From NCBI GenBank assembly GCA_951406725.2, contig OX597821.1:53878001-53942000 (forward strand): a stretch of DNA of 64,000 nt. Direction: 5' to 3'. Below the pieces are notes generated by a model, which did no database searches, was not told where the DNA came from, and was given only the letters and a program-made list of their open reading frames with translations. This stretch comes from Octopus vulgaris (taxonomy: Eukaryota). Both the position numbers and the translations under genes were made by a program. This document shows, one piece after another, positions 50,430-63,845 of this stretch (position 1 is the stretch's first letter; every line of letters begins with the position of its first letter).

Positions 50430-50700
50430 TATGTATACAACAGGCTTCTTTCAGTTTCTGTCTACCAAATCATTTCGCAAGGCATTGGTTGGCCCAAGCT
50501 TATATTAGAAGACACTTGGCCAAGGTGCCACACAATGGGATTGAACCCAGAGTCATGTAGTTGGGAAGCAAGCTTCTTAGCACCTATAGATGAAAGGCAA
50601 GGTCAGTCTCTGCAGAATTTGGACTTTGAACATAAAACAGGTGAAATGCTGTAGATCATTTTGCCCGGCATATTAACAACTCTGCCAGGTCACGACCTTG
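50170..50700 (-). mobile_element. SINE family A (50170-50580) adjoining a family B fragment (50585-50700)
   Basis: Family matches; central (CA)n. Confidence 0.82.
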
Positions 50701-52569
50701 TTAATGTTGTTGATGATGTTCTTGTAGTTCAAGTGAGTGCCATTGTTATTCAGCCACAGAACAACCTATGATCAAATATATTCCACTCATGACCATCCTG
50801 TTATTCACTAGGATTTTCTGAACCAAGTAGACCCCATTTTTTTCCTGTTTCACGATGACAGTAATTAAAGTACGTTTGACCACCATTTCTAGCAGATCGA
50901 ATGTGCACATAGAAATAGATCTGTGTTGAGGAGCTTCAAAATGATTAGAAGTATACATTTTTAGAATATTTGTTAAACCCTCTGGCATAGTTTTTTATTA
51001 TTATTATTTTTTTTTTAGTTGAGGAATCGTACAGCTTAAGGCTTCACCTAGTTTAAATCCAACACTAAGTTAAAGATTCTGTCCATGGTGGTGTAGTACT
51101 GTTAATACTCTATATGCAGTAGTTGTTGTTATTGGTGGTGATGATGATGATGAAAACGATGACGATGACAACGATGGCAATGACAATGTTCTTCTGCTCT
51201 TAGATCATGTTATTTGGTGCTGTCAGTACTTTGCTTTCCCATTCTTTTCTTGCCATCTTTCTTTGTGTGAACAAGAAAGGGAAGTTACCTATTCCATCTT
51301 ATATTTTCTATTTTCATCCTTCATTTACAACCAAGAAATTTTCTCTGCAATATTCCCAATACAAGAGACATTTAAATAAATTTCTCTTTACAATTTTTTT
51401 TTACTGATATTTATTTTTACATATAATTTGTCTTTTTGCAAGGTTTATTCATTTATTATTATTTTGTAATTTTCAATTTTTATTTTATCACACGCAGGCA
51501 CCATAGCATTATTTTAGCATCATTTCTTCTTGATTGTTTTAAATTTATCACAAAGAAAAATTCAAATGAAGCAGACACTTGATTAACGTATTTTTCTGCA
51601 CACAGATTTTGGGTGGTGTTATTTTTTTGAGTTTTCTTTACAGATTTCCTTTATCAATACATTCAATGCTTGGCTATTTTTATCTTTCTGCTAAGTTTCT
51701 TCCTTCATTTAACTGTGTAGTTCACTTTTGTTTAGATTAATATAATTTTTTTCTTCTGTTATTTCTTAAATTTATTCAAAGAGTTTTTGTTCAGAAAATC
51801 TTATTTTTATGTTTGTTTTCAAGGATTTCTTTAAATAAAACTATTCCACATCATTCTTATAAGTTTCTATATCAAATGTTTCTGTTAACTGTAAAGAAAT
51901 TAGTTTGGAATATAAATACTTTTATGCAATTATTTTTGCTCATTTCCTGGATTTTTTTCCTTTATTTTCCCATGCTTTGATGTTCACCAAAATATCTTTA
52001 CCCATTGTATTCTTTTGAATTTCCTTCATTTTCTTGATATTTTTTCTTATTCTCCTTCATTTATTTATTCATATCATTTTTCCTTCATTCCATAATTCAT
52101 TTATCAATTACAATATTCAGTGATATATATTATTCATTCTATCACACAAGTCAATTCTTCCTCTGCACTCCCTCAAATTCCATTCCTTCCTTACTTATCC
52201 ATTCTCATGAATCAGACCCTAATTATTAACCAACCTACCATACTATGAAACATACGCTATCATATCAAATGTGATAAGCAAGATAACTTTAAACATGTGA
52301 GATTAAACCTGAGGGGTAAACATTCCTGAATAATGTTGAAATAAGCCAAACTCAAACAACAAAGACAATATAAAATGTAAAAGATATGTTTGATTGCAAA
52401 ATAAGTTGATGCATAGAATGCGAATTACTTAAAACTAGAAATAGGTGAGATGAGAACGCTGTGTTTTTGTGTGTATGTGTGTATATATATGTGCACATAT
52501 CCACATATATTCGTACATTAATAAGTATAAGAAAATATCGCTAATTATGTAAAGATATATACGTGTGTG

Positions 52570-52616
<47 letters not shown>

Positions 52617-52707
52617 GTATAGATATATGGATTCTTAGATGACCTACATATGTATGTGTACATACATACGCACACACAAATATATATATGCCTACATATA
52701 TTTGGCA

Positions 52708-53190
52708 GAGGTGCATGGCTTAGTGGTTAGGGTGTTGAACTCATAATCGTAAGGTTGTGGTTTCGATTCCTGGACTGGGTAATGTGTTGTGTTCTTGAGC
52801 AAAACACTTCATTTCATGTTGCTCCAGCCTACTCAAAAATGAGTAATCCTACAACGGACCAGCATCCCATCCAGGTAGGGAATTTCTACGCCACTGAAAC
52901 CAGGAAACTGGCCCTTATGAGCCTGGCATGTCTCGAGAACGAACATTTTTTTTTAAACATATATTTGGGATGGGGTGACTTAGTGATTATGATATTGGAC
53001 TCATGACTGTAATATTGTGGTTTCAATATCTGGATTGAGTGATCATTCTGTTCTTGAGCAAAATACTTTATTTCATGTAGTTCCAGTCTACTTAGGTGGC
53101 AAAAATGAGTAATCTTGCAATGGGCCAGCATCCCATCCAGGTGAAAATATATGCACCACAGAACCCAAGAAACTGGTCCTTTGAGTCTAT
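52708..53190 (+). mobile_element. Two tandem tRNA-derived SINE family D copies
   Basis: TGGCTTAGTGG A-box, GTTTCGATTCC B-box; TGTTCTTGAGCAAAA.ACTT.ATTTCA domain occurs twice. Confidence 0.8.
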
Positions 53191-53954
53191 ATAACTTAGG
53201 AATGATCTAGTGTCAGGTCTGTCATGAGTGGTACTGGTGACATGTAATCCAGATCAACCTGTTGCACGGTCAGGTTGTTGACAACTAAACCAGCACCTCC
53301 ACTAGACATGCCTGGTGAGGAGGGTTGCTAGAAACCCAGCAGGACTAAAATCAAAACCTGTCAAAGGTCAGAAGAACCTAGTAATAGCAAAAATTCCTCA
53401 GAAATTTCAGTTGGTATCTGGCATACCGAAATACCACTTGGAATGAGGCATTGATAGCTTTTGTTAAATCATGTCTCTAGAAGAAGATTACACTAATATA
53501 AAACCAGATATACTGGGAATGGCATTGAAAATTTTGTGGATCTGAGATTATGGTGCAACTACATTCCTGAGCTTGTGGCCCTTACTGGTACTGAATATCT
53601 TACCCTGGCTTGTCTCTGGATCATATCAGTAAGATGGAAAGGTTTTGTAAGGTATTGTGCTACTCTTATAGGACCTAAAATGCGAGCTTGTGCAATTGCC
53701 AGCAAGATGACTATGTGATGATCAATTGAGTAGGAGGGCACCAAGACACCACAGCAAACATGGGAGCATTGGACACAAATCTGAGTGAAGCCGATGGCTG
53801 CAATAACCTTATACAAGTGCATTGCTGTCATTTTGCATAGGCAACAGTCAATAATAGCCTTCGCCAGTCCCTAGTGGACAGCCATTATTATGTGTGAGCG
53901 TGTGTGTGTATGCGTGTGTGAGTGTTATGTGTGTGTATGCATATCAATATATAT

Positions 53955-54305
53955 CATCATCATCAACAGCATTTAATGTCCGTTGTCCATCCTGTCATGG
54001 GTTGGACAGTTTGACCAGAGCTGGCAAGCTGAGGAGCTGTACCAGACTGACTTTGCTTGGTTTTTATGGCTGGACACCTTCCTGATGCCAACCACTTTAC
54101 AGAGAGAGTGGGGTGCTTTTGTGTGGCACTGCATGGGCGCTTTCATGTGGTACTGCAGGGGCACTTCATGTGGCACCTTCTTGAGGCACCAGGCATCTCA
54201 GTCCTCTGTTATCTTGCCTGAAAGGTTCAGTGTCTTGAGGTCATTCTGCAGTACTTCATCCTGTGTCTTTCTGAGTCATCCACTTCCACATGTTCCATCT
54301 ACTCA
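53955..54305 (-). mobile_element. RTE LINE 3' fragment
   Basis: (CAT)n tail, CATGGGTTGGACAGTTTGAC, and degenerate GRGRP..W coding remnant. Confidence 0.75.
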
Positions 54306-54328
54306 GGAAGACTGGTATTTCATTATGA

Positions 54329-54374
<46 letters not shown>

Positions 54375-55532
54375 TGTGTGCGTGTGTGTGTGTAAGGCGT
54401 GTGGTTAATGAGTGTAATAAAGGGAATTTTTGTAGTTGCACAATTGTCAAGTCATCCAAGTAGTGCAATTGTCTAGTCAGCTAAGCCATGTAATTTTATG
54501 TGGTTAAGACATTTGATCCATAATTACATGGTCCCAGGTTCAATTGAGAATTTTGGAGAAATTAGAGTAAAATTTGAATTGAAACTAGGTAGAATCCCAC
54601 TGAAGTGATAGTTGTAGTTCTTGAATTATATGGTTAATATGTTGCCTGTTTTAATATCACCACCTGGGTCATTGGCTCACCCCATTGTACATATCCAGAC
54701 AAGGTTTCCTGTCAGAGGATAAGTTCATATCTTCTGGCAAAAAGGACTGAAACTAGAAACTGTTACCATATAAGGGTGCAAAGCTGAGTGGTACTTAATG
54801 TCACAGTTAAATTTTTGACACAAAATTTTCACCTTCTGTAACAGTCAAGTCATATGAAATACTTATGATAGAACTAATTATTCTGTCCAGGATGTTTGAA
54901 GTTTATATTTATGCTGGTTGGCACTTGTACTCTGATGAATACCATCAGTTGTTAATGGCTGATGTGTCTTTAGAACAATAACAAAATAGACTTTTAGATG
55001 CAAATTTGATTTTGAACCAATTTGTAAGCTACTGAAAACAAAAAGTGCCATTGGCATTTATGTTCAGCAAATTATCCACTGACTTTTGCTGTCCAAAATA
55101 ACAATTTGGTAAACCAGAATTATTGCTTTAATATGAAACATTTATTCAAGATAATCTTGGCTATTGTGCTGTTATAACTGATGCTATTATTTAGTCATAA
55201 AGATAAGACTGGCTGAGCAAGCTTATGACCAAATGTTATACAGCTATGATCAACGCAGATGAGGGAAGCTACATCAATCTCCCTCATTCACCAAATGCTA
55301 CTCATCATAGGAGTTTTAGTGAAAGTGTAGCAGAGCCAAAGGCTGTGCCCTGGCAGGGCCACTACTCTTGAGCTGAGACTAGAAAAGAAAAAAGAAAACG
55401 AAAAGAGAAACTCAACTGTGCAGAACTATGTCTGTATTCAGCTATATCAAGAACTCCTTAACACGAAGAACCCCATTTGGCTTTTTATTTTAGTAGGTCA
55501 AGTAAAAGCATGGGGGCTCTTTTTGTAGGTAC

Positions 55533-55723
55533 CTTTTCATAGTGTTTATTGATTGTGAATAATACAATTCTGTAGAAATAATGCTTGCTACGTCTCTTGG
55601 TGAATTCGACATCATACAGAATTTATATGCTGTGCAGTGTATCAATGAGTACATATGTTCAATAGTGAGAGAAGGAATTATGTGAATGACCATGAATTCT
55701 TTTACATTATTGACAAGCAATTT
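55533..55723 (-). CDS. Host gene coding exon (191 nt, phase 0-2): KLLVNNVKEFMVIHIIPSLTIEHMYSLIHCTAYKFCMMSNSPRDVASIISTELYYSQSINTMK(R)
   Basis: ATCATAG| acceptor, AAG|GTACCT donor, open frame in unique sequence. Confidence 0.65.
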
Positions 55724-55924
55724 CTATGATAATCATTTCACTATCTCAAAAAGTCTAAATAATTAATTGCAAATATTGATGACATAAGAAAGATTTAAAG
55801 CGACTTTCTCAACAAATTATTCAGAAACCAAGATAAAATCATCAGACACACAGACATGCGGTAATCTCACAAACTACTGCTGATAATTATCACTATACCA
55901 TTGGTTTGGTGTTATATATATATA

Positions 55925-56573
55925 TGACTAGTGACTGGGACCTCTGGAGATATGCTGTGTATGAGAAGACTCAGCAAGCACAAGTGAGACCATAATCTGG
56001 TGGCCTATGCCAGGGGTGTAACCAGTCCACTTATGCGTGCCTTTTCTTCATTGGACACTAAACTTTGCTTGCAAAGATCTGTTGAGGCAAGTGAAATTAA
56101 AATCAAAATCAAATTCGATGACTGGCATCCGAGCTAGTGGAGCACTAAGAGTACCATACGAGTGAGATCGTTGCCAGAGCAGTAAGCTGGCCTCCATGCT
56201 GATGGCACATTGAAAACACCATTTGAGCGTGATCGTTACCTGTGTCACCTTACTAGCACTTGTGCTGATGTCACGTGACAAAAACATTGGAGCGAGGTCA
56301 TTGCCAGTGCTGCTGGACTGGCTCCTGTGCAGTTGGCACATAAAAAGCACCATTTGAGCATGGCCATTGCCAGTACCGCCTGACTGGCCCTCGTGCCGGT
56401 GGCATGTAAAAGCACCCACTACACTCTCAGAGTGATTGGCATTAGGAAGGGCATCCAGCTGTTGAAACTCTGCCAGATCAGATTGGAGTCTGGTGCAGCC
56501 ATCTGGTTTGCCAGACCTCAGTCAAATCGTCCAACCCATGCTAGCATGGAAAGCGGACGTTAAACGATGATGA

Positions 56574-56578
<5 letters not shown>
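55925..56578 (+). mobile_element. RTE LINE 3' end
   Basis: Reverse-orientation relative of 45520-46130; ends AAAGCGGACGTTAAACGATGATGATGAT. Confidence 0.88.
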
Positions 56579-56617
<39 letters not shown>

Positions 56618-56648
56618 ATATTTATGTGTGTCTGTGTGTGTGTATGTG

Positions 56649-56680
<32 letters not shown>

Positions 56681-56819
56681 GGGTAAAATAAGGATTCATA
56701 TAGAATTGAATACTTGAAAACATATGCACCATGTAGGGTTGGATAACCCCGTGGTTTCTGTCTATGGTTGATAAGTATCAAATAAGATAAACCTTTAAAA
56801 GTGTACCCCACTCCCATAT

Positions 56820-57185
56820 CTTCTGGACAATGCAGAAGCTAGGGATGTGAGTGGTTAGTGAGAGCTTTTCAAGCCATGTTCAGGCATGCTGTCAGTAAGG
56901 TGAATGCCAGCAATGAGTATAGCAAAGAATTTAGTGTACAGGTAGTTCACCAGGAATTGGTTCTCAGCCCCCCCCCCCTTATTTATCATAGTCTTCTAAG
57001 TCATAATAGAGGAATTTAAGAATTTAAGACAGGCTGTCCTTAGGAGCTCGTCTACACTGATGATCTTGTTATTACTGCTGAATCACTACCAGAAGTAGAG
57101 ATGAAATTTCAGGTGTGGAAGCAAGGTCTGGAATCATAGGGCCTTAGAGTTAATTTAGCAAAGATCAAAGTCCTAGTAAGTAGTG
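56820..57185 (+). mobile_element. RTE LINE RT core fragment
   Basis: VHQ..VLSP.LF and ELVYTDDLV (YADD region), GLRVNLAKIKV. Confidence 0.8.
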
Positions 57186-57614
57186 GGAATGAACCTGAAA
57201 CCGTGTGGTTAGGAACAAAACTTCTTACCCCACAGCCATACTTGCACCTATCCATACTAGCAACAAAACCAAAAATCTGTATGAATTTGATTTTGACTGT
57301 CATATTAAACTCTTTGATAACATTTCCACTCAAAATAAAGACCAGCTAATACAAATACTGAATGATACCAAATTCACTCACAAGAAAGAATTCAGATTAA
57401 AACTAGGTTAGCAAATGGAATGTTTCTTAAACATCTAGACTGTATAATATTAAATGATCATATGGAGGACTTTACTTCTAACTGCAAGTTCAAATGTATT
57501 AATCCTCCATTTTGTAACCAAGTCACCCATGTTTAAGTAAACAACCTTATGCATGAGAACTAAAAGAGTAAAGCTCTATCTTCAGGGAAGAAAGATAATA
57601 ATGAGAATAACCGA

Positions 57615-57852
57615 CTATCTTTCATCTTTTGTCTTTTAATTGTTTCAGACACTGGACTGCAGCTATGCTGGGTATTTTTAGTCAAACAAATTGATCTCAG
57701 CGTTTATTTTATAAGCGAGGCCTATTGTTTCTTAGTTGCTTAACTAAAATGCTGTTTTGGGAGTGTAAACAAACCAACACCAGTTATCAGGCAGTGGTTG
57801 GCGACAAACACAATGATGCATATTTATCTATCAATTTATCTATCTAACTATG

Positions 57853-57917
<65 letters not shown>

Positions 57918-58140
57918 GTCTGTCTATATCTATATATGTGCACACACACACACATACAAACATACACACACACACATCTGTACATAAAATGGGCTTCTTC
58001 CAATTTCCATGCAAGAAAGCCACTCACAGGCATAATTAGCATGGGGCTATAGTAGAAGATATTTGCTTAAGGTTCCAAGCCATGGAACTGAACCCAGGAC
58101 CATATGGTTGGAAGAAAACTTTTTATAACACAGCCACACA
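57615..58140 (-). mobile_element. SINE family A with central (TATC)n
   Basis: Degenerate family match. Confidence 0.8.
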
Positions 58141-58166
58141 AACATATATGTGTATGTATGTGTATA

Positions 58167-58208
<42 letters not shown>

Positions 58209-58634
58209 CAAGGATATGTGGCCTAGATAAGCAAGGTAGGCAATGCCTACATTGAATAAAATAGATCAACAGCAACATTTTCCTCATATGGCAAAATATG
58301 CACCTACTTTAATAAAATTGTGTAGGTTAGTCTGATTACTATGCATAAAATGCAAAATGTTTCATTTTCTTTTTTGTAGGTTAGGTAGGCATAATTTACC
58401 CCTGCTTTTCAATTTCAATCTAAGCTACACATAGTACTGCTGTAGTACACATGCTACGTACATTTCTACAACACCGCTTTCTTTAAGTGCTATGAAGGCA
58501 GAACAAGATCTGCCTTTAACTCAGTCATGCACCTGCGTTTCACTTATTTTTTTGTGTTTTACTACATAAAGGTCACCAACTGCCTGCCCTAAGTAATTAT
58601 TGACTGCACATGCCTGATATTTATATATATATAC

Positions 58635-58830
58635 ATTCTTTTTTCTAGTTTCAGTCTTTTGCCTGTGGCCATGCTGGAGCACCACCTTAGTCAAACAAAT
58701 CGACTTCAGGTCTTACTTTTTTTAAGCCTAGTACTTATTCTATTGGTCTCTTTTGCCAATACACCAACATCGGTTTTCAAGTGATGGTGGGGGACGGACA
58801 CTCACACACAGACATATACATCTACTATTG
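58635..58830 (-). mobile_element. SINE family A partial
   Basis: GGCCATGCTGGAGCACCACCTTAGTCAAACAAATCGAC. Confidence 0.8.
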
Positions 58831-59279
58831 AACCTTGGGAGGTGCATTATACTGGTAATAATAAACCCATGCACTGGTTGGTCGGTCCTTTATTGGTATT
58901 GTTCATGTTATTTCTTTTTTTTTTGTCAAATAATTATTTCATCACATTGCTGCAATCTCTTCAGAGACACATCTCTCTACATCCATTTCTTTTGACCTTA
59001 TGTTCCAGCATTGAGATTTGTCCAAGATCTGTCTGGGATGAGTATGTGAGTGTGTGTATGTTTGTATATGCGTATCTCTGTATGTTTGTATGTGCGTGTG
59101 TTTATACATAAGTGCATGCATCTGTATGTGTGTGTGTGTGTGTTTTAAATACTGACTTGTGTCATTTTTATATACATAAGATAGCAGTTTTGGTTTTCTC
59201 TTGTTTTCTTTGCAAGCGCCCACGTTTATCCATATGAAGTTTCTCTCATTGACAGTTAAGTATAATCACACCATATGAG

Positions 59280-60572
59280 GAATCAAGACGCGCAGAAATC
59301 ACCCAACACGAGTACAACAGTATAAACCAGGCCTGTAATAAACACTTCAGCAACAGATTGAAATGGATGAGACAACGACAACCACAATAACATGTGAGAA
59401 ACATAAAGAAAATACCTAAACAACATCGATGGAATTGTGATGTCCGACAGCGAACAACCTGAGAAATACAACACCATCACAAATGAGAACAATCACACAC
59501 CTGGAATGTATGGTGTGATACAACTGGATAAAAACAAAACATGAGCCCTAGGATTACCACCAAAATATGCTGTGTATAACAAGGTCAGTAAGATCAATTG
59601 TCTGTTTGAGATTAGATGGAGATTAGGATGTTACCACTACAGTAACGACACAAATATAAGAAAGTACCACAACAATAATACACAAAATACTCACAGTACC
59701 ATCAACAGTAATAACAACGATGACGAGGACAACAAAAACAACAGCAACAACAACAACAACTACAACACCAGCAATGACAACACTGCCAGCACCAGCAACA
59801 ACAACGACAGCAACAACCACACATACAATGGTAACAACAATGACAACAACAACAGCAACAACAACACCTCAGAAAATCTCTTTTATAACTCAATCAACAA
59901 ATCCTGTGACATGACATGAATCTAACCAAGAGATTTACCATTCAGCAAAAGAGTGTGCATCCCATTTTACATACACAATAAAACAGAAGCCAAGATCTCT
60001 TTAGCTAGAAGCAAACTAATGAAAACAATAATATAAAAGGACTAGCCCAAAACAGAATGAGTTGGAGACCCATCAACTCAGGACAGCGGCTGCGATGGGA
60101 ATACAAAGGCTAAAACATAGAGTTAGGAACAACGAAATAGTATGCCTCCCCACAGACAAATCCGGCAGGATGTCAGTAGACAGCCTCCAAAATTACATCC
60201 AGACAATGCAACAGCACATCGAAAACATGAGAGAAGTTACACAGCAGGAATATGAAAGAATAGAGAAGATCCTCAATGCACACATAGGAATGTGGTGTAA
60301 TGTACTCCAACCTAAGCAGTGCAGAGCACAGAACTTCATAACATCAAACAATGACATTCCTAGATTCTATGGGTTACGGAAAGACCATAAACCCATCACA
60401 GACCCTTTTTCTGCCCCCCCCCCCCCAATGACCGGTTTGTGGTGCCAATATTGCCAGCCATTATAGGCTATCATACTTCCTCTCGGAAGTGTTAAGATCA
60501 CTCATTGAGATGTTATCTGGTGTTTGTGAAAGCACAGAGGACCTTCTCAGTAGGGTTAATGAATGTAACCGC
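59280..60572 (+). mobile_element. Penelope-like element (Naiad-type) 5' and RT N-terminal fragment
   Basis: ALGLPPKYAVY, RDLPFSKRVCIP, PTDKSGRMSV, FYGLRKDHK, then after a poly-C frameshift *PVCGA..LSYFLSEVL..CESTEDLL. Confidence 0.85.
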
Positions 60573-60599
60573 TCCCATATATAATACATATATTTCATC

Positions 60600-60920
60600 A
60601 ACATCAACATCATCATCATCATCATCATCATCATCATTGGTTAACACCCGTTCTCCATGCTGGCATGGGTTGGATGGTTTGACTAGAGCTGGTAAAGCCA
60701 GGGCCTGCACTACGTTCCATTGTCTGTGCTGACATAGTTTCCCTGGCTGGATGCCTTTCGTAGTGCCAACCACTCTCAGAGTGTACTGGGTGGTGCTTGC
60801 AACATTGCACCTGCACTGGTATCAACTCTGCTGTGATGGCAGTGAACCAGATATCTCAGTCCTTAGTCATCTCCTTTGTAAGACTCAATGTCTTCAGATC
60901 GGCCATCAATACTTCAGGTA
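60600..60920 (-). mobile_element. RTE 3'-tail fragment
   Basis: (CAT)n followed by CCATGCTGGCATGGGTTGGA. Confidence 0.78.
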
Positions 60921-61112
60921 TGTGTGTACGATAGGCTTCCAAATCTGCACACAAGGTATTGGTCAGCCTGCGGTTATAACAGAAGACACTTGTCCAAGGT
61001 ACTGCTCAGTAGAACTAAATATGTGACCACATAATTTGGAAGTAAGCTTCTTTACTACACAGCCACACCTGCATCTATCTATATGTGTATGTATATATCA
61101 TCATCATAATCG

Positions 61113-61450
61113 AAGGCGCATGGCTCAGTGGTTAGAGCATCGAGCTTACGATCGTGAGGTTGTGAGCTCGAATCCCGGACCGGGCTGCGTGTTGTGTTCT
61201 CAAGCAAGGCACTTTATTTCACGTTGCTCCAGTTCACTCAGCTGTAGAAATGAATTGCGACGTCACTGGTGCCAAGCTGTATCGACCTTTGTCTTTCCCT
61301 TGGATAACACTGGTGGCGTGGAGAGGGGAGACTGGTATGCATGGGCGACTGCTGGCCTTCCATAAAACAACCTTGCCCGGACTTGTGTCTAGGAGGGTAA
61401 CTTTCTAGGTGCAATCCCATGGTGATTCATGACCGAAGGGGGTCTTTACC
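61113..61450 (+). mobile_element. tRNA-derived SINE family D, young full-length copy
   Basis: GGCGCATGGCTCAGTGGTTAGAGC A-box, GCTCGAATCCC B-box, CpG retained; inserted in a CATCATAATC context present on both sides. Confidence 0.88.
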
Positions 61451-61451
61451 C

Positions 61452-62465
61452 ATCATAATCATCATTTAACGTATGTCTTCCATGCTGGCATGGGTTGGAC
61501 GGTTTGACCAGAGTTGTTAAGGCCAGGGTCCACACCAGGCTTCATTATCTGTTCTGTCATAGTTTCTATGGCTTATTGCCCTTCCTAATACCAGCTGCTC
61601 TACAGAGAGAATGGTTGCTTTTTATGTGGCACAAGTGTTTTTAACATGACACCAGCACAAATACTTTTCATGTAGCACCAGCACCGATATTAATTCTGCT
61701 GTAGTAGACAGGTCTTCTTGAGTACAGCAAGGCACTAGTTATCTCAGTTCTTTGTCATCTCCTTTGTAAGGCTTAGTGTTTCGTGATCGGCCTTCATTAC
61801 TTCATTCCATGTTTTCCAAGGTCTCCCTCTTCCACAAGTTCCATCTACTTTAAAGGATTGACACTTCTGTATATGTATATGACACTTCTGTGCATGCATG
61901 TGTGTGTGTGCACGAGTGTGTATAGATAGATAGATAGATTTGGCAATACAAGCAAGAAATATAGAACAAAAGACATGAGCATGTTTGTGTGTGTGTGTGT
62001 GTGTGTGTGTTATTATTATTGTTGTTGTTGTTATAATTATTATTATTATTATGAAAACAGTCCAACCCATGCCCAGCATGAAGCAGACGTTAAGCAATGA
62101 TGATGATTTGGCAGAAGTAACAGAGTGACTCAAGGGCTGAGAGTTTCATGCATTAGTTTGATTAGTACTAAAGCACAAAACTCCTGGCCTTTGAGTCCCA
62201 CTGTCACTTTCGCTACATATATTACACACACACACACGTGCACACACGCACACGCACATGCACACACACACATATGCATACAAGCATAAACATATATTCA
62301 TCTATACATACATATATACATGTGTATATAGCGTTAGGAAGGGCATCCAGCCGTAGAAACACTGCCAGATTTGACTGGGCCTGATGAAGCCTTCTGGCTT
62401 CACAGACCCCAGTAGAACCGTCCAACCCATGCTAGCATGGAAAACGGACGCTAAACGATGATGAT
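61452..62465. mobile_element. Cluster of RTE 3' fragments (61452-61870 minus; 62055-62110 and 62330-62465 plus)
   Basis: KVDGTCGRGRPWKTWNEVMK; repeated TCCAACCCATGC..AAACGATGATG tails. Confidence 0.8.
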
Positions 62466-62481
62466 GTGTGTGTGTGTGCGT

Positions 62482-62513
<32 letters not shown>

Positions 62514-62807
62514 TATATTCTGCTGTTACTGTAGTTGTAGTACACTGCTGAAACTCTAGATTTAGTTACTAACATCGATGACAGTAAATAATGCAGTAAA
62601 ATAAGATAAATGGTGTAAACGTAAAGTTTCAGGAGAGTTTAGATGTAACTGGAATCATAACAAATTTATCTTTATGCTAAAGGAATAGCTAAATTTTGAC
62701 GTGTGAGTATCTCAGTCTACATGAATGATATTAATGACAAGAAAGACTACAGCCCAGTTAAGTCTCCTAAAAGCAAATTTTACCAAACATCACTTACACA
62801 GTTTATA

Positions 62808-63845
62808 CAATGGTGGGCTGAAATGTTCACAGGCTGACAGTGAAGGAAATATGCTAGAGCTGCGAGATTTTGTATGCATTAATTTTATCCTTTCTTATCA
62901 ATAAATGCATTGTTTCTTTCAAGGTAAACTGACATCTTAATAATTCAAAGAAGACTTCTGGATGTCCTGCAACTGCCTCCACAAAGGAAAACATTAATCA
63001 TGTTCATCACATTGTGATGGATGACTGGCAGTTAACTATAAATCAAACAGCATCTCCAATGAGTGAACTAAGAATATTCTGCACAATGAACTTGGCCTGA
63101 CGAAGGTTTCTGCTCAGTGACTGATACATCATCTGACACCTGATCAAAAGTTCACCCAAATGATTGCATCATCAGATCTAGATGCTTTCTTTGAGTGTTC
63201 CCTAAGCCAGAATTAGTGTTGGTTTCATCACTTTGAGCTAGTGAAAAAGTGACAATCCATGCAGTGGAAACACCCTTCCTGACCTGCTCCAAAGAAGGCC
63301 AACAATGTTTCCTCTGCATGGAAGGTAATAGTTTCAATTTTGGGGGGATGCAAAAAACATGATGTTTATTGATTGCTTTCAAAACGGCCACCATCATCAA
63401 CAGAGATTACTATGCCGACATGCTGAGGCAGTTATGAAAGGCTTTCAGGACCAACCAGCCAAGAAAACTGACAAAACGGGTTTTATTTCATCAGAACAAT
63501 GCTCCAGTATACAAATTCTTGCTTTTAATGGCTGCTGTGTGTGGCTGTGGCTTTATCACTCTCCCTAATCTTCGGATTTGGCTCCTTCTGACTATTATCT
63601 GTTCCCCAACATGAAGAATCATTTGGCTGAGAACCAGTACCACAGTGATGATGACATCAAATCTGCTGTTTATTACTTTTTTGATGAGCAGGATGAAAAC
63701 TTTTTCACCAACGGGATCCAAGTACTGCAACATGGATGAATGAAGTATGTAGACTGCAAGGTGATCTATGTAGAAAAATAAACTACATTTGTCACATTCC
63801 ATGAGCCTATCTTGGTCAACCTACAAACTTTTCGGCTGACCTTTG
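62808..63845 (+). mobile_element. Mariner transposon, internally deleted
   Basis: TIRs TA|CAATGGTGGGCTGAAATGTTCACAGGCTGAC / GTCAACCTACAAACTTTTCGGCTGACCTTTG; FHQNNAP and SDLAPSDYYLFPNMKNHL motifs. Confidence 0.88.

Noticed and set aside
50746-50988. 80-aa ORF as a host exon
   Set aside because: No convincing splice sites; it faintly resembles a decayed mariner transposase segment, too weakly to annotate.
58205-58620. Possible MITE with weak inverted termini
   Set aside because: Terminal similarity is too low and no TSD could be identified.
59702-59893. Cys-rich metallothionein-like ORF
   Set aside because: It is the antisense reading of the (AAC)n tract inside a Penelope fragment.
60428-60432. 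In-frame TGA in the Naiad-like RT as possible selenocysteine
   Set aside because: It falls at the Arg of RPVCGA (CGA to TGA, CpG decay), not at a Cys position.
61113-61190. tRNA gene
   Set aside because: A and B boxes are present, but the sequence continues into a SINE body shared with 52708-53190 and there is no proper acceptor stem or terminator.
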